Of a stretch of 64,000 nt of DNA, positions 19,177 through 29,518 are shown piece by piece. The first letter of the stretch is position 1, and every line of letters starts with the position of its first letter. The notes under the pieces are model-generated. The model ran no database searches and was not told where the DNA came from. It saw only the letters and a list, made by a program, of their open reading frames with translations. This DNA comes from Burkholderiales bacterium (GTDB taxonomy: Bacteria > Pseudomonadota > Gammaproteobacteria > Burkholderiales > WYBJ01), in assembly GCA_020848435.1 (NCBI GenBank), contig JADLAC010000009.1, positions 89,765 to 153,764 of the forward strand. The letters run 5' to 3'. The position numbers and the translations under genes are program-made.

Positions 19177-21270
19177 ATGGCCGGACTTTCGCTCGCAATC
19201 GATATCGGCGGCACGTTCACCGACATCGTCGTCTACGATCCGGACGCTTCTCGGCACTACATCCACAAGGAGTACACCACGCCCGACGACCCCGCCCGCG
19301 GGGTTCTCACTGGCGTGCGCGCGCTGCTCGAACGCGATCGGATCGCCGCGTCGTCGATCAAGCGGGTCGTCCATGCGACCACGCTTTTCACCAACGCGCT
19401 GATCGAGCGCAAGGGCGCGAAGTGCGGTCTCATCACGACCGAAGGCTTTCGCGACGTGCTCGAGATACAGAGCGAGCGCAAGTACGAGCTGTACGACATC
19501 TTCATCGAGATGCCGCGCCCGCTCATCCCGCGTCTGCTGTGCCGCGAGGTGCCCGAGCGCATGAGCGAGCTGGGCGAGGTGGAAACGCCGCTCGATCTCG
19601 ATGCGCTGTATCGGGAAGCCGACATGCTGGTCGCGCACGGCGTCGAGTCGATCGCGATCATGTTCCTGCATTCGTATGCGAATCCGGTGCACGAACAGGC
19701 GGTGCTGGCGGCGCTCGCGCAGCACCACCCCCGGCTCCATCTCAGCGCCTCGTTCGAAGTCGCGCCCGAGATCCGCGAATACGAACGCGTGTCGACCACG
19801 GTCGCGAATGCCTACATCAAGCCGCTCGCGCAACGCTATCTCGACCGGCTGGCCGGCCAAATCCGCGGGCTGGGAATCGATGCGCCCTTCCTGCTCATGC
19901 TCTCGAACGGCGGTCTCACCGATGTCGCCGAAGCGAAGCGCGCGCCGATCCAGCTACTGGAGTCGGGCCCCGCCGCCGGCGTGCTCGCCGCGACCTATTT
20001 CGGCGCCGCCGGCGGTATCGAGCGGCAGCTCGCGTTCGACATGGGCGGCACCACGGCCAAGGCGAGCCTCATCGACGGCGGCGAACCGCTGATCGCCTAC
20101 CGTTTCGAGGCGGCACGCGAAAAGCGCTTCACCGAGGGCAGTGGCCTGCCGATCAAGACCTCGACCATCGAGCTGATAGAGATCGGGGCCGGCGGCGGCT
20201 CGATCGCGCGCATCGACGAGCTGGGCTTGCTCAAGGTCGGTCCCGAGAGCGCGGGAGCGATGCCCGGGGCCGCGTGCTACGGCCGGGGCGGAACACGGCC
20301 GACGGTGACCGACGCCGATCTGCTGCTGGGTTATCTCGATCCAAACTTCTTCCTCGGCGGTACGATCAAGATCGACGTAGCCGCGGCCGAGGCGGCGTTC
20401 GCGCAGCTCAGGCGTGACACCGGCATGTCGACGACCGCGCTCGCGTGGGGCATCCACGACATCGTGAACGAGAACATGGCATCCGCCGCGCGCGTACACA
20501 TCGCGACCCGCGGGCGCGACCCGCGTCATTACACGCTGATGGCAACCGGTGGCGCGGGCCCGGTGCACGCCTATCACGTCGCGCGCAAAGTGAACGTACG
20601 CCAGGCGATCTGCCCCCCCGCGGCGGGCGTGGGCTCGGCGATGGGGCTACTCATGGCGCCGGCGCGGATCGATCGCGCCGCGAGCATGGTGAGCCTGCTC
20701 GAGCGGCTCGACTGGGAGCGTTGCGAGGATGTCTACCGCGAGCTCCAGTCCGCGGCCGCGGCGGTGCTCGCGCGAAGCGGCGCGGACATGGCGGGCTTCC
20801 AGGTGAAACGGCTCGCCGACATGCGCTACTTCGGACAACAAGCGGAGATCGTGGTCGCCTTGCCGCCGGGTCCGTACCGCGCGGACTCGCACGCTGTGAT
20901 CGCAGCCGCATTCGAGAAGACCTACCGCGAGCTTTTCGTCCGCACGCCGCCGCACGTCGCCATCCAGGTCGTGAACTTGCGCGTATCGGTGTGCGCACCG
21001 GTGCCCGGCGGCGGCATGGTGTTGCGCGGCAGCCGCCGCGGTTCAACGGCCGCCGCACGCAAAGGCACGCGGCAGGCCTACTTCCCGGACGCCGGCGGCT
21101 TTGTCGAGAGCGCGGTCTACGATCGCTATCGCTTGCCCGTCGGCGCGCGGCTCGACGGTCCGGCACTGGTCGAGGAAAGGGAATCCACGCTCGTGCTCGG
21201 CCCGGGTGCGGTGTGCGAAGTACATGCCAGCGGCAGCCTGGTCGTGACGCTGCCGGCGGCGGAGGCTTGA
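19177..21270 (+). CDS. hyuA: Hydantoinase/oxoprolinase family, A (beta) subunit
   Basis: 697 aa. The N-terminus LAIDIGGTFTDIVV is typical of the HyuA / N-methylhydantoinase A / acetone carboxylase beta family. Confidence 0.9.
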   Translation: MAGLSLAIDIGGTFTDIVVYDPDASRHYIHKEYTTPDDPARGVLTGVRALLERDRIAASSIKRVVHATTLFTNALIERKGAKCGLITTEGFRDVLEIQSERKYELYDIFIEMPRPLIPRLLCREVPERMSELGEVETPLDLDALYREADMLVAHGVESIAIMFLHSYANPVHEQAVLAALAQHHPRLHLSASFEVAPEIREYERVSTTVANAYIKPLAQRYLDRLAGQIRGLGIDAPFLLMLSNGGLTDVAEAKRAPIQLLESGPAAGVLAATYFGAAGGIERQLAFDMGGTTAKASLIDGGEPLIAYRFEAAREKRFTEGSGLPIKTSTIELIEIGAGGGSIARIDELGLLKVGPESAGAMPGAACYGRGGTRPTVTDADLLLGYLDPNFFLGGTIKIDVAAAEAAFAQLRRDTGMSTTALAWGIHDIVNENMASAARVHIATRGRDPRHYTLMATGGAGPVHAYHVARKVNVRQAICPPAAGVGSAMGLLMAPARIDRAASMVSLLERLDWERCEDVYRELQSAAAAVLARSGADMAGFQVKRLADMRYFGQQAEIVVALPPGPYRADSHAVIAAAFEKTYRELFVRTPPHVAIQVVNLRVSVCAPVPGGGMVLRGSRRGSTAAARKGTRQAYFPDAGGFVESAVYDRYRLPVGARLDGPALVEERESTLVLGPGAVCEVHASGSLVVTLPAAEA

Positions 21271-21271
21271 A

Positions 21272-22912
21272 ATGGCGCAAGCGGCATTCGATCCGGTCAC
21301 GCTGGAGCTGCTCTGGACGCGGCTCATTTCGGCCACCGACGAGGCGGCGGCGGCGCTCGTGCGCACGTCGTTCTCGACCCTGGTGCGCGAGTCGTATGAC
21401 TTCTCGTGCATCGTCACCGACGCGTCGGGACAATCGCTGGTGCAGGCGACGCAGAGCATTCCGTCGTTCATCGGCACACTACCGGCGACGGTCAAGCACT
21501 TCCTGCGCGCCTACCCGATCGCAAAATTACAGCCGGGCGACGTGCTCATCACCAACGACATGTACCAGGGCACCGGTCACTTGCCCGACATCAGTCTCGG
21601 CAAGCCGCTGTTCCACGACGGACGCATGATCGGCTACGCGGCGACGACCGCGCATGCGCCCGACATCGGCGGCAAGATCCGTTCGCCCGAGCCGCGCGAA
21701 GTGTTCGAGGAAGGCTTGCAGATCCCGATCATGAAGATGATCGAAGCAGGCACGGTGAACGACACGCTGGTCGCGATCATCAGGAAGAACGTTCGCACCC
21801 CCGAGCAGACGCTGGGCGACCTGTGGGCGCAGGTGGTCGCGCTCGACGTGATGGAGGCGCGCACGCTCGCGCTGCTCAAGGACGCGGGGCTGACCAGCCT
21901 GCACGAGCTTGCCGCGGAGATCCACGGCCGCTGCGAAGCGGTGATGCGCGCGGCGATTCGCAACCTCCCCGACGGCGTCTACCGCACGGCACTCGACATC
22001 GACGGCCAGTTGGACGAGCCGGTGCATCTCGAGATGGCAGTCACGGTCGCCGGCGACACGCTCGACATCGATTTTGCGGGCAGCTCGCCGCAGGTCGATC
22101 GCGCGATCAACTCCGCCATGTGCTTCACCTTCGCGCAGACGGTGTACGGGGTCAAGTGCATGCTCGCGCCGAGCCTGCCGAACAACGAAGGCTCGTTCAA
22201 GCCGATTACGGTGCGCGCGCCGGAAGGCTCGATCGTCAACCCGGTGTTTCCCGCCTCGGGCGGCTCGCGCATGCTGACCGGGCACTTTCTCGGCAGCATG
22301 GTGCTGCAAGCGCTGGGCGCTGTCGTGCGCGATCGCGTCATGGCGGCGCCTGGCTCGCCGCACTGGGGCATCAACCAGTCCGGTGTCAGGAACGGCAAGC
22401 CCTACGCCAACATGCTCTTCTTCAGCGGCGGCCTGGGCGCCAACAGCCGGCGCGACGGGGTGAGCTGCCTCGGCTGGCCCGGCAACACGGCTTATACGCC
22501 GGTCGAGCTGTCGGAGCGGATCGCTCCCTTCCGCATCAAGTACAAGCGGCTGCGTCCCGATTCAGGCGGCGCCGGCGAATTCCGCGGCGGCCTCGGCCAG
22601 GAGATCCTGCTGGAGAACCGCTCCGAGTCGCCGATCGCGGTCTCGTTTCTTACCGAGCACATCGTCTATCCGGCGCGAGGCATCGCGGGCGGCAAGCCCG
22701 GGGCGTGCGGCGTGCTGCAGATAAACGGCCAAGCTGCGCATGCGAAACGCCAGCACGTGATCCGCAAGGGCGATACGATCCTGCTCGCGGTCCCGGGCGG
22801 CGGCGGTTTGGGAGACCCAGCGCGGCGCAGCCGCACGCGCATCGAAAACGATCTCGAGCAGGGTTACATCACCGACGAGCGACCGTATCGTGTCAGTGCG
22901 AAGTGGCCTTGA
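21272..22912 (+). CDS. hyuB: Hydantoinase B / oxoprolinase family subunit
   Basis: 546 aa. DPVTLELLWTRLISATDEAAAALVRTSFS...RESYDFSCIVTD is typical of HyuB. It starts 2 nt after the hyuA stop. Confidence 0.9.
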   Translation: MAQAAFDPVTLELLWTRLISATDEAAAALVRTSFSTLVRESYDFSCIVTDASGQSLVQATQSIPSFIGTLPATVKHFLRAYPIAKLQPGDVLITNDMYQGTGHLPDISLGKPLFHDGRMIGYAATTAHAPDIGGKIRSPEPREVFEEGLQIPIMKMIEAGTVNDTLVAIIRKNVRTPEQTLGDLWAQVVALDVMEARTLALLKDAGLTSLHELAAEIHGRCEAVMRAAIRNLPDGVYRTALDIDGQLDEPVHLEMAVTVAGDTLDIDFAGSSPQVDRAINSAMCFTFAQTVYGVKCMLAPSLPNNEGSFKPITVRAPEGSIVNPVFPASGGSRMLTGHFLGSMVLQALGAVVRDRVMAAPGSPHWGINQSGVRNGKPYANMLFFSGGLGANSRRDGVSCLGWPGNTAYTPVELSERIAPFRIKYKRLRPDSGGAGEFRGGLGQEILLENRSESPIAVSFLTEHIVYPARGIAGGKPGACGVLQINGQAAHAKRQHVIRKGDTILLAVPGGGGLGDPARRSRTRIENDLEQGYITDERPYRVSAKWP

Positions 22913-23891
22913 TCGCCACGCCCACCGCCCGCATCAGTCCCTCTGGAGTGCCGGGATTGATCGAGCAGTCGGGTCCGAGTAGGTGATGGCGCCCACCGGT
23001 CGCAGCGATCGATTGGTGCGCGCGCTCGACCAGAGCCTCGGCCTTCATGCCGCCGACTTGAGGTTTCCCTGGAAGCCCGCCCAACACGGCTCGGCCGGTG
23101 CGATCGCGCACCGCGGTCAAGCTCGGGTTGCCGGGCGTGGTCGCCCAACTGAACACCGACACCGGGTAGTCGACGAATTCGTCGAACAGGGTGTTGTCGC
23201 CGCACACGTGCATGATGTTGAACGGCGCGCCGGCCGCGGCCTGCAGAATCGGCAGGTCGAACGGGCGCTGGAAGCGGCGGCACTCCTCTACCGACATGAG
23301 CTGGCGGGTGGAGAGCGTGGTCGCGTAGAAGATGCCGTCGATGCCGGCGGCGACACAGCGGCGCGCATGCTGTGCGAGCGTCTGCCCGATCGCGGCCAAT
23401 CCGTGTTCCAGCGCGGCCGGGTCTTCGCGCATGAGCTTCAGCACCGCGTCGCGCCCGCCCGCGAGCATGAACGGGGCCACCATCAGCGGTGCGAAGATGG
23501 TCGCGACGATCGGCACCTCGGGACCGACCTCGGCGCGGATGGCGAGATAGGCATCGAGCTGCTCGGCAAGCGCGCCCCGCGATGCGTCCGCGGGCTCCAG
23601 TGATCCGAGCTCGCGCGCGTGCTTCAACGCGTACTCGCGCACCGTCGACATCACGGTCGGTTCGGTGGAGGAGACGATCCTGGTGCCCCACATCTCGCCG
23701 AAACAGCTCGCACGCGACTGCGGCTTCAAGAAATCCCAGTCGTAGTTGCGGTACAAGCGCACCGTCGCATCGGTGAGCGCCCGCGCCGAATGCTCGGAGG
23801 CGAAATTGTGCAGCCAAAAGCTTACCGGCACGCGGTCTACCGGCTCGCCGCGGATCGCGGCCATGACGCGCTCGCGCTTGTTCATGCTCAT
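22893..23891 (-). CDS. Uroporphyrinogen-decarboxylase (URO-D) family protein, probably a non-haem decarboxylase or methyltransferase-like member
   Basis: 332 aa. The N-terminus (RERVMAAIRGEPVDRVPVSFW) is typical of URO-D/MtaA-like proteins. An ATGA overlap joins it to the upstream SBP gene. Confidence 0.7.
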   Translation of the reverse strand: MSMNKRERVMAAIRGEPVDRVPVSFWLHNFASEHSARALTDATVRLYRNYDWDFLKPQSRASCFGEMWGTRIVSSTEPTVMSTVREYALKHARELGSLEPADASRGALAEQLDAYLAIRAEVGPEVPIVATIFAPLMVAPFMLAGGRDAVLKLMREDPAALEHGLAAIGQTLAQHARRCVAAGIDGIFYATTLSTRQLMSVEECRRFQRPFDLPILQAAAGAPFNIMHVCGDNTLFDEFVDYPVSVFSWATTPGNPSLTAVRDRTGRAVLGGLPGKPQVGGMKAEALVERAHQSIAATGGRHHLLGPDCSINPGTPEGLMRAVGVAIKATSH

Positions 23892-25447
23892 CGCTTCTTG
23901 ATCCTCAGGTCTTCATACGGGGCGGTGTACGGGTTGGCGGGGATGGCATTGATCGCGTCGAATTCGACCTTGGGGCCGATCGATACCAGGTAGGCATACT
24001 CGATGATCGGCGCGAAAATGGTGCGCTCGTGCAGCAGGCGTTGGATGCCTTCCAGCGTCTTGGCGCGAGCATCGCGATTGGTTTCGGCGACCTGCGAAGC
24101 GAACAGCTTGTCCACTTCGGGGATCGCCATGTAGGCGTACTGGCCGGACGAGACCACGTACTGCTCGATGCGCGTCGCGGCATTGCCCGGGGCACCGCTG
24201 CCGGTGAGGATGACGTTCTTCAGCTTCTTCTCGGCGTGGGTCTTCAGGAACGCGGCGCGTTCCATCGGCCGCAACTTGACGCGAATGCCGACCGCGGCGA
24301 GGTCGTTCACCACAGGCTCGCCGATGCCACTCGCCGCGAATGCCTCGGCCGAGAGCTCGCCGGCGTCGAAGCCGTTCGGGTAGCCCGCTTCGGCCAGCAG
24401 CCTTTTCGCGCGCCCCGGATCATGCGGGTAGGCCGGCGGATCCCAGTAGAACTCGTGCGCCCGCGGAATGATGTTGGCGGAGAGCTTGCCCCGGCCGAGG
24501 TAGGAGGCATCGTTGATGGCTTTGCGATCGATCGCGAGGCTCGCCGCGAGGCGCACGCGCGGGTCGGCCCAGGGCGACTTGGGGTCGCTCTGATCGGCGA
24601 ATTGCAGCCACTGCGTCACGGGGATGGCCGAGGCCTTGAGCTGCATTCCGGGCGTGCGCTGCACTTCCTCGGCGAGCGAGCTGACCAGGCCGTAGGCGAT
24701 GTCGATTTCGCCGCGCTTCAAGGCGGCGAGCCGCGTGCCGTCGTCGGGGATCACCTTGAACACCAGCGTCTTCACGTTCGGGGCCTTGCGCCAGTAGCCG
24801 TCAAACGCTTCCATCACCAGCTCCACGCCCGGTTTGAAGGACACGAAGCGATACGGGCCCGCGCCGATCGGAGCCTTCTTGAAGCCTTCGTCGCCTACCT
24901 TCTCGACGTACTTCTTCGGTACCACCCAGCCGGCTCCGGTCGCTGGCGTGCCGTAGAAGGTCATGAAATCGGGCCAGACTTCCTTCAGGCGAAAGCGGAT
25001 GCGCTGCGCATCGATGATTTCCACCGCGGCGACTTTCGACTTCAGCAGCTTGGCAGACGCGCCCTTGTAGCGCTCGAACGAGAACTTGACGTCATCGCTC
25101 GTCACCGGATCGCCATTGTGGAATTTCACGCCCTTGCGCAGGGTGAACTCGTAGCTGAGACCGTCCTTGCTGGCGCTCCATGCCTCCGCTAGACTCGTTC
25201 CCATCGCCTGCCCCGTCACCGGCCGTACCAGCGCATCGTGCATCGCGTAGTACACCATGAGCGGCAGCGCGGTGCCGGTGGCCTCCGCCGGATCGAAGAA
25301 GGTCGGCGCAAGGGAGACGTGAACACCCCAGGTCAGGTTGCCTTCGGGAGCCGCGGCGGCCTGCGCCGGCGGCGCGAGGAGTCCTGCGAGCAAGACGAAG
25401 CCCGTGAGAACGCGGCGGGCGAAACGGGTTGGGCGCTCTGGAGTCAT
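23888..25447 (-). CDS. ABC transporter substrate-binding protein, family 5 (peptide/nickel/opine type)
   Basis: 519 aa with a signal peptide. DppA/OppA-like length and composition. Confidence 0.85.
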   Translation of the reverse strand: MTPERPTRFARRVLTGFVLLAGLLAPPAQAAAAPEGNLTWGVHVSLAPTFFDPAEATGTALPLMVYYAMHDALVRPVTGQAMGTSLAEAWSASKDGLSYEFTLRKGVKFHNGDPVTSDDVKFSFERYKGASAKLLKSKVAAVEIIDAQRIRFRLKEVWPDFMTFYGTPATGAGWVVPKKYVEKVGDEGFKKAPIGAGPYRFVSFKPGVELVMEAFDGYWRKAPNVKTLVFKVIPDDGTRLAALKRGEIDIAYGLVSSLAEEVQRTPGMQLKASAIPVTQWLQFADQSDPKSPWADPRVRLAASLAIDRKAINDASYLGRGKLSANIIPRAHEFYWDPPAYPHDPGRAKRLLAEAGYPNGFDAGELSAEAFAASGIGEPVVNDLAAVGIRVKLRPMERAAFLKTHAEKKLKNVILTGSGAPGNAATRIEQYVVSSGQYAYMAIPEVDKLFASQVAETNRDARAKTLEGIQRLLHERTIFAPIIEYAYLVSIGPKVEFDAINAIPANPYTAPYEDLRIKKR

Positions 25448-25488
25448 GATCGACCTGTCGGTATGGGAAGCACGCCGAGAGTAGCATA

Positions 25489-26406
25489 GTGAAACGCTTC
25501 CTCGTACAGCGGGTTGGGTACGCAGTCGTCTCGCTGCTGCTGCTCTCGCTGACGCTGTTCGTGCTGACCCGGCTCTCCGGCGACCCGGCGCTGCTCCTGA
25601 CCGAGCCCGGCGCGAGCGCTGCCGACATCGAGGCCGCGCGCAAGCGCTTCGGACTCGACCAGCCGCTGCCGGTACAGTTCTGGCAGTTCATCGCCTCGGC
25701 CGTGAGCGGAGACTTCGGCGTCTCGCTTTATTACCGTACCTCGGTCGCGCAGCTCTATTTCGATCGCTTGCCCAACTCTCTGCTGCTGGCCGCAGTCGCC
25801 TTCGCGTGGTCGATCCTGCTCGGCGTGGGCTGCGGGGTGCTCGCCGCGGTTTACGCCAACCGCTGGTGGGACCGCGTCGTGCAGGTGCTCGCCCTCGGCG
25901 GCCTGTCGATCCCTTCGTTCTGGCTCGGCATGCTGCTGATCCTCGTGTTCTCGGTGACGCTCGGCTGGCTGCCGTCCTCGGGCGACGGTAGCCCCGCCCA
26001 CCTCGTGATGCCCGCGCTCACGCTGGGCTGGTACTTCGCCGCCGCGCACATGCGCCTCACGCGCTCCTCGATGCTGGAAGTGCTCGGCGCCGATTACGTC
26101 AAGCTCGCGCGCATCAAGGGGCTGCCGGAATGGATGGTGATTCTGCGCCACGCGCTCAAGAACGCTTTGATCCCGGTGCTGACGCTCGCGGCCATCAACT
26201 TGGTTTCGATGGTGAACGCCGCGGTGGTGGTCGAAACCGTGTTCGCCTGGCCCGGCATCGGCCGGCTGCTCTACGAGGGCATCGCCTTTCGCGACTTCCC
26301 GGTGATCCAAACCACCGTGCTGCTCGCCGGTGTCATGATCATCGCCGTCAATCTCGCAGTCGACCTGCTGTACGCCTGGATCGACCCGCGCATTCGTCAT
26401 GCGTGA
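25489..26406 (+). CDS. ABC transporter permease (DppB/OppB-like)
   Basis: MKRFLVQRVGYAVVSLLLLSLTLFVLTRLSGDP is a typical N-terminus. Multi-TM protein. Confidence 0.85.
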   Translation: MKRFLVQRVGYAVVSLLLLSLTLFVLTRLSGDPALLLTEPGASAADIEAARKRFGLDQPLPVQFWQFIASAVSGDFGVSLYYRTSVAQLYFDRLPNSLLLAAVAFAWSILLGVGCGVLAAVYANRWWDRVVQVLALGGLSIPSFWLGMLLILVFSVTLGWLPSSGDGSPAHLVMPALTLGWYFAAAHMRLTRSSMLEVLGADYVKLARIKGLPEWMVILRHALKNALIPVLTLAAINLVSMVNAAVVVETVFAWPGIGRLLYEGIAFRDFPVIQTTVLLAGVMIIAVNLAVDLLYAWIDPRIRHA

Positions 26407-26480
26407 GACCTCGGAACTCCTGGACGATCCGCGCCTGGACACGCGCGCGCTGCGCGTCCGAGAGCTCCGCGAGCTAGGCC

Positions 26481-27317
26481 ATGCGCGCTAGCCGAGCGCC
26501 CGTAACCGCGATCGCGATCCTCGCGCTGTTCGTGCTGGTGGCGTTGTTCGCCGGGGTGCTGGCGCCGCACGATCCGGAGCTCGGCAAGCTCGGCCTGCGT
26601 TTCCGCCCGCCGGCCTGGGTCGGGGGCGGATCGATGCAGTTCCTGCTCGGCACCGATCACCTGGGGCGCGACGTCCTATCGCGGCTGATCTACGGCGCGC
26701 GCGTGTCGCTCGCGGTCGGGCTGGCGGCGGTCGTGATCGCGGGCATCTTCGGCACGGCGCTGGGCTTGATCGCGGGTTATTTCCGCGGCTGGGTCGACCA
26801 GGTGATCTCGCGCATCGTCGATGCCTGGCTCGCCCTGCCCTCGCTGGTGTTCGCGATCTTCCTGGCCGCGCTCACCGGGCCGAGCGCGCGCAATATCGTG
26901 TTCATCCTCGCCGCGGTGTATTGGACGCGCTACACCCGCGTGGTGCGCGGCGAGGTGCTGAGCTTGCGCGAGCGCGATTTCGTGCGCTTGGCCATCGTCG
27001 CCGGGGCCTCGCCCTTGCGGATCATCGTGCGTCACCTGCTGCCGAACGTGCTCAATACCGCCGTGGTGCTGGCAACGCTGATGCTCGGGGTCGTGGTCGT
27101 CACGGAAGCATCGCTGTCGTTCCTCGGTGTCGGCGTGCCGCCGCCGCAGCCGGCGTGGGGACTCATGCTGTCCGAGGGCAAGAAGGGCCTGCTCACCGGC
27201 TACTGGTGGCTCACCGTGTTCCCGGGGCTCGCCATCATGCTGGTGGTGCTGGCCGCGAGCCTCGCCGGCGATTGGCTGCGCGACCGGCTCGACCCGAAGT
27301 TGGGCGGCGTGTCGTAA
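26481..27317 (+). CDS. ABC transporter permease (DppC/OppC-like)
   Basis: LGTDHLGRDVLSRLIYGARVSL motif. Confidence 0.85.
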   Translation: MRASRAPVTAIAILALFVLVALFAGVLAPHDPELGKLGLRFRPPAWVGGGSMQFLLGTDHLGRDVLSRLIYGARVSLAVGLAAVVIAGIFGTALGLIAGYFRGWVDQVISRIVDAWLALPSLVFAIFLAALTGPSARNIVFILAAVYWTRYTRVVRGEVLSLRERDFVRLAIVAGASPLRIIVRHLLPNVLNTAVVLATLMLGVVVVTEASLSFLGVGVPPPQPAWGLMLSEGKKGLLTGYWWLTVFPGLAIMLVVLAASLAGDWLRDRLDPKLGGVS

Positions 27318-27339
27318 TGGCGCGCGCGCACGGGCGGCG

Positions 27340-28305
27340 ATGCTCGAAGTAGCGAAGCTCAGCGTGGCCTATGGCGGCTATGCACGTCCCGTGCTCGCCG
27401 TGCAGGAGGTATCGTTCACGCTCGCTCCCGGCGAATCCCTCGGCATCGTCGGCGAGTCGGGCAGCGGCAAGAGCACGCTGGCGCACGCGTTGTTGCGCCT
27501 GCCCGGCGCCGAGGCACGCATCACTGCCGGCGCCGTTCGCTTCGAAGGTCATGATGTCGCAACACTCCCCGAGCGCGACATGCGCGCGCTGCGCGGCAGG
27601 CGCATCGCCATGATCCTGCAGGACCCGCTCAATTCGCTCAATCCGCTGCTCACGCACGGAATGCAGATCGCGGAAGGGCCGCGCATGCACGAGGGGCTCG
27701 GTGCGCGCGAGGCCACCGAGCGCGCGCGGGCATTGCTCGCGGCGGTGCGCATCGCCGATCCGCAGCAGCGCCTCAAGGAGTATCCGCATCAGATCTCCGG
27801 CGGCATGCGCCAGCGGGTAGCGGGCGCGATTGCGCTGGCATCGAGCCCGAGCCTGCTGATCGCCGACGAGCCGACCACGGCACTCGACCCGACCGTGCAG
27901 GCGCAGTATCTGGGCTTGCTCAAGGATCTCCAGGCCGAGCGGTGCTTCGCCCTCATCCTGATCACACACGATCTCGGCGTGGTCGCACGCACCTGCGATC
28001 GGATCGCTGTCATGTATGCCGGACGCTTCGTCGAGACCGGGCCGGTCGAGCAGGTGTTTCATTCACCCGTGCACCCGTACACCCGGGCGTTGCTCGGATC
28101 GCGCCCGATTCCCGGACGGCGCGCCGGCGCTTTGGAAGCGATCGGCGGGCAGCCACCCGATCCACGCGCGCTGCCAGCGGGCTGTGCGTTCCATCCTCGC
28201 TGTTCGCTGGCAACCGAGGCGTGCCGCGCGCAGGTTCCCGAACTACGTGCCGCTGGGCTGAACGCGATGGCTGCGTGCATGCGTGTCGGAAGCGCACGGC
28301 AGTGA
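27340..28305 (+). CDS. ABC transporter ATP-binding protein (DppD/OppD-like)
   Basis: The start was trimmed to MLEVAKLSV. Walker A GESGSGKST, signature SGGMRQR, Walker B LLIADEPTTALD, and an oligopeptide C-terminal extension. Confidence 0.85.
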   Translation: MLEVAKLSVAYGGYARPVLAVQEVSFTLAPGESLGIVGESGSGKSTLAHALLRLPGAEARITAGAVRFEGHDVATLPERDMRALRGRRIAMILQDPLNSLNPLLTHGMQIAEGPRMHEGLGAREATERARALLAAVRIADPQQRLKEYPHQISGGMRQRVAGAIALASSPSLLIADEPTTALDPTVQAQYLGLLKDLQAERCFALILITHDLGVVARTCDRIAVMYAGRFVETGPVEQVFHSPVHPYTRALLGSRPIPGRRAGALEAIGGQPPDPRALPAGCAFHPRCSLATEACRAQVPELRAAGLNAMAACMRVGSARQ

Positions 28306-28330
28306 TCAACCCGCGGATGGCACGGGCACG

Positions 28331-29305
28331 ATGAGCTCGACCGATTCATCGCAGGCGCTGATCCGTTTCGATGCGGTAGTGAAGCATTACCGCCAGCGCC
28401 AGGGCTTGTCCGGGGTGCGGATCGCACGCGCAGTCGATGGCGTGGGTTTGGCGATCGACGCCGGCGAGACGCTCGGGCTGGTCGGGGAATCGGGCTGCGG
28501 CAAGTCGACCCTGGCGCGCCTCGCGCTCAAGCTGGAGGCGCCGAGCGCGGGACGCGTGCTGTTCGAAGGCGCGGATCTCGCGCTAGCCGATGCCGCCGCG
28601 CTCAACGCCTATCGGCGCAGCGTGCAGGCGGTGTTCCAGGATCCGTTCTCCTCGCTCAATCCGCGCATGCGCTGCGGCGAGATCGTCGCCGAGCCGCTGG
28701 TCATCCGTGGCGGGCGCAGCAGGCGCGAAATCGACTCCGAGGTCACTTCGGTGCTGGAGAAGGTCGGCCTGCCGGCGGACTCGCCCAAGCGCTTCGCCCA
28801 TCAGTTCTCCGGCGGCCAGCGACAGCGGATCGCGATCGCGCGCGCGCTGGTGCTGCGCCCGCGCCTGGTGGTGCTCGATGAACCGATCTCGGCGCTCGAT
28901 GTCTCGATTCGCGCTCAGATTCTCAACCTGCTCGCCGCGCTCAAGGCCGATTACGGCGTCGCCTATCTGTTCATCGCGCATGATCTGCACGCGGTCGCGG
29001 CGCTGTCGGACCGCATCGCCGTGATGTATCTCGGTGAGATCGTCGAGACCGGCCCGGCCGATCAGGTCGCAGCCGCTCCGCGCCATCCCTACACCCGGAT
29101 GCTGTTCGCCGCGACGACCGCCGACATGCCCTCCTCCGTCGCCGCTGTCGGCGTCGCCCCGAAAGGCGAGCCGCCGAGCGCCTTCGCACCACCTGCGGGC
29201 TGTCGCTTCCACCCGCGCTGCCCGCTGGCGCAGGACCAATGCCGGTACGAGGCGCCGCTGCCCAGGGCTCTCTACGGGCACACGATTGCGTGTCATTTCG
29301 CTTGA
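28331..29305 (+). CDS. ABC transporter ATP-binding protein (DppF/OppF-like)
   Basis: Walker A GESGCGKST, signature SGGQRQR, Walker B VVLDEPISALD. An alternative start at 28283 would overlap the previous gene by 23 nt. Confidence 0.85.
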   Translation: MSSTDSSQALIRFDAVVKHYRQRQGLSGVRIARAVDGVGLAIDAGETLGLVGESGCGKSTLARLALKLEAPSAGRVLFEGADLALADAAALNAYRRSVQAVFQDPFSSLNPRMRCGEIVAEPLVIRGGRSRREIDSEVTSVLEKVGLPADSPKRFAHQFSGGQRQRIAIARALVLRPRLVVLDEPISALDVSIRAQILNLLAALKADYGVAYLFIAHDLHAVAALSDRIAVMYLGEIVETGPADQVAAAPRHPYTRMLFAATTADMPSSVAAVGVAPKGEPPSAFAPPAGCRFHPRCPLAQDQCRYEAPLPRALYGHTIACHFA

Positions 29306-29518
29306 CCTGACTCGGCTGGGTTGAAATGCACCGCCTGGCGATGTCGCCTTCACATGACGATCGATAGAGCGAAGCTGCCCCGGCCAGCGCGCGATTGACC
29401 GCTGGCAGCGGCCGGCGATAGAGTGCTCGCAGGGAGAGCAAGCTGGCTCGAGTTTGCCTGCGCTATGCGCAACGCGCACGACCGGCAGCGGGAAGGTTCT
29501 TGCACCGAGGGGAGAGCA

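Noticed and set aside
18187-19860. 557-aa minus-strand ORF spanning the Bug SBP and the start of hyuA.
   Set aside because: It is antisense to two well-supported genes. Its composition is shadow-ORF-like (R/G/D/H rich) and it has no recognisable domain.
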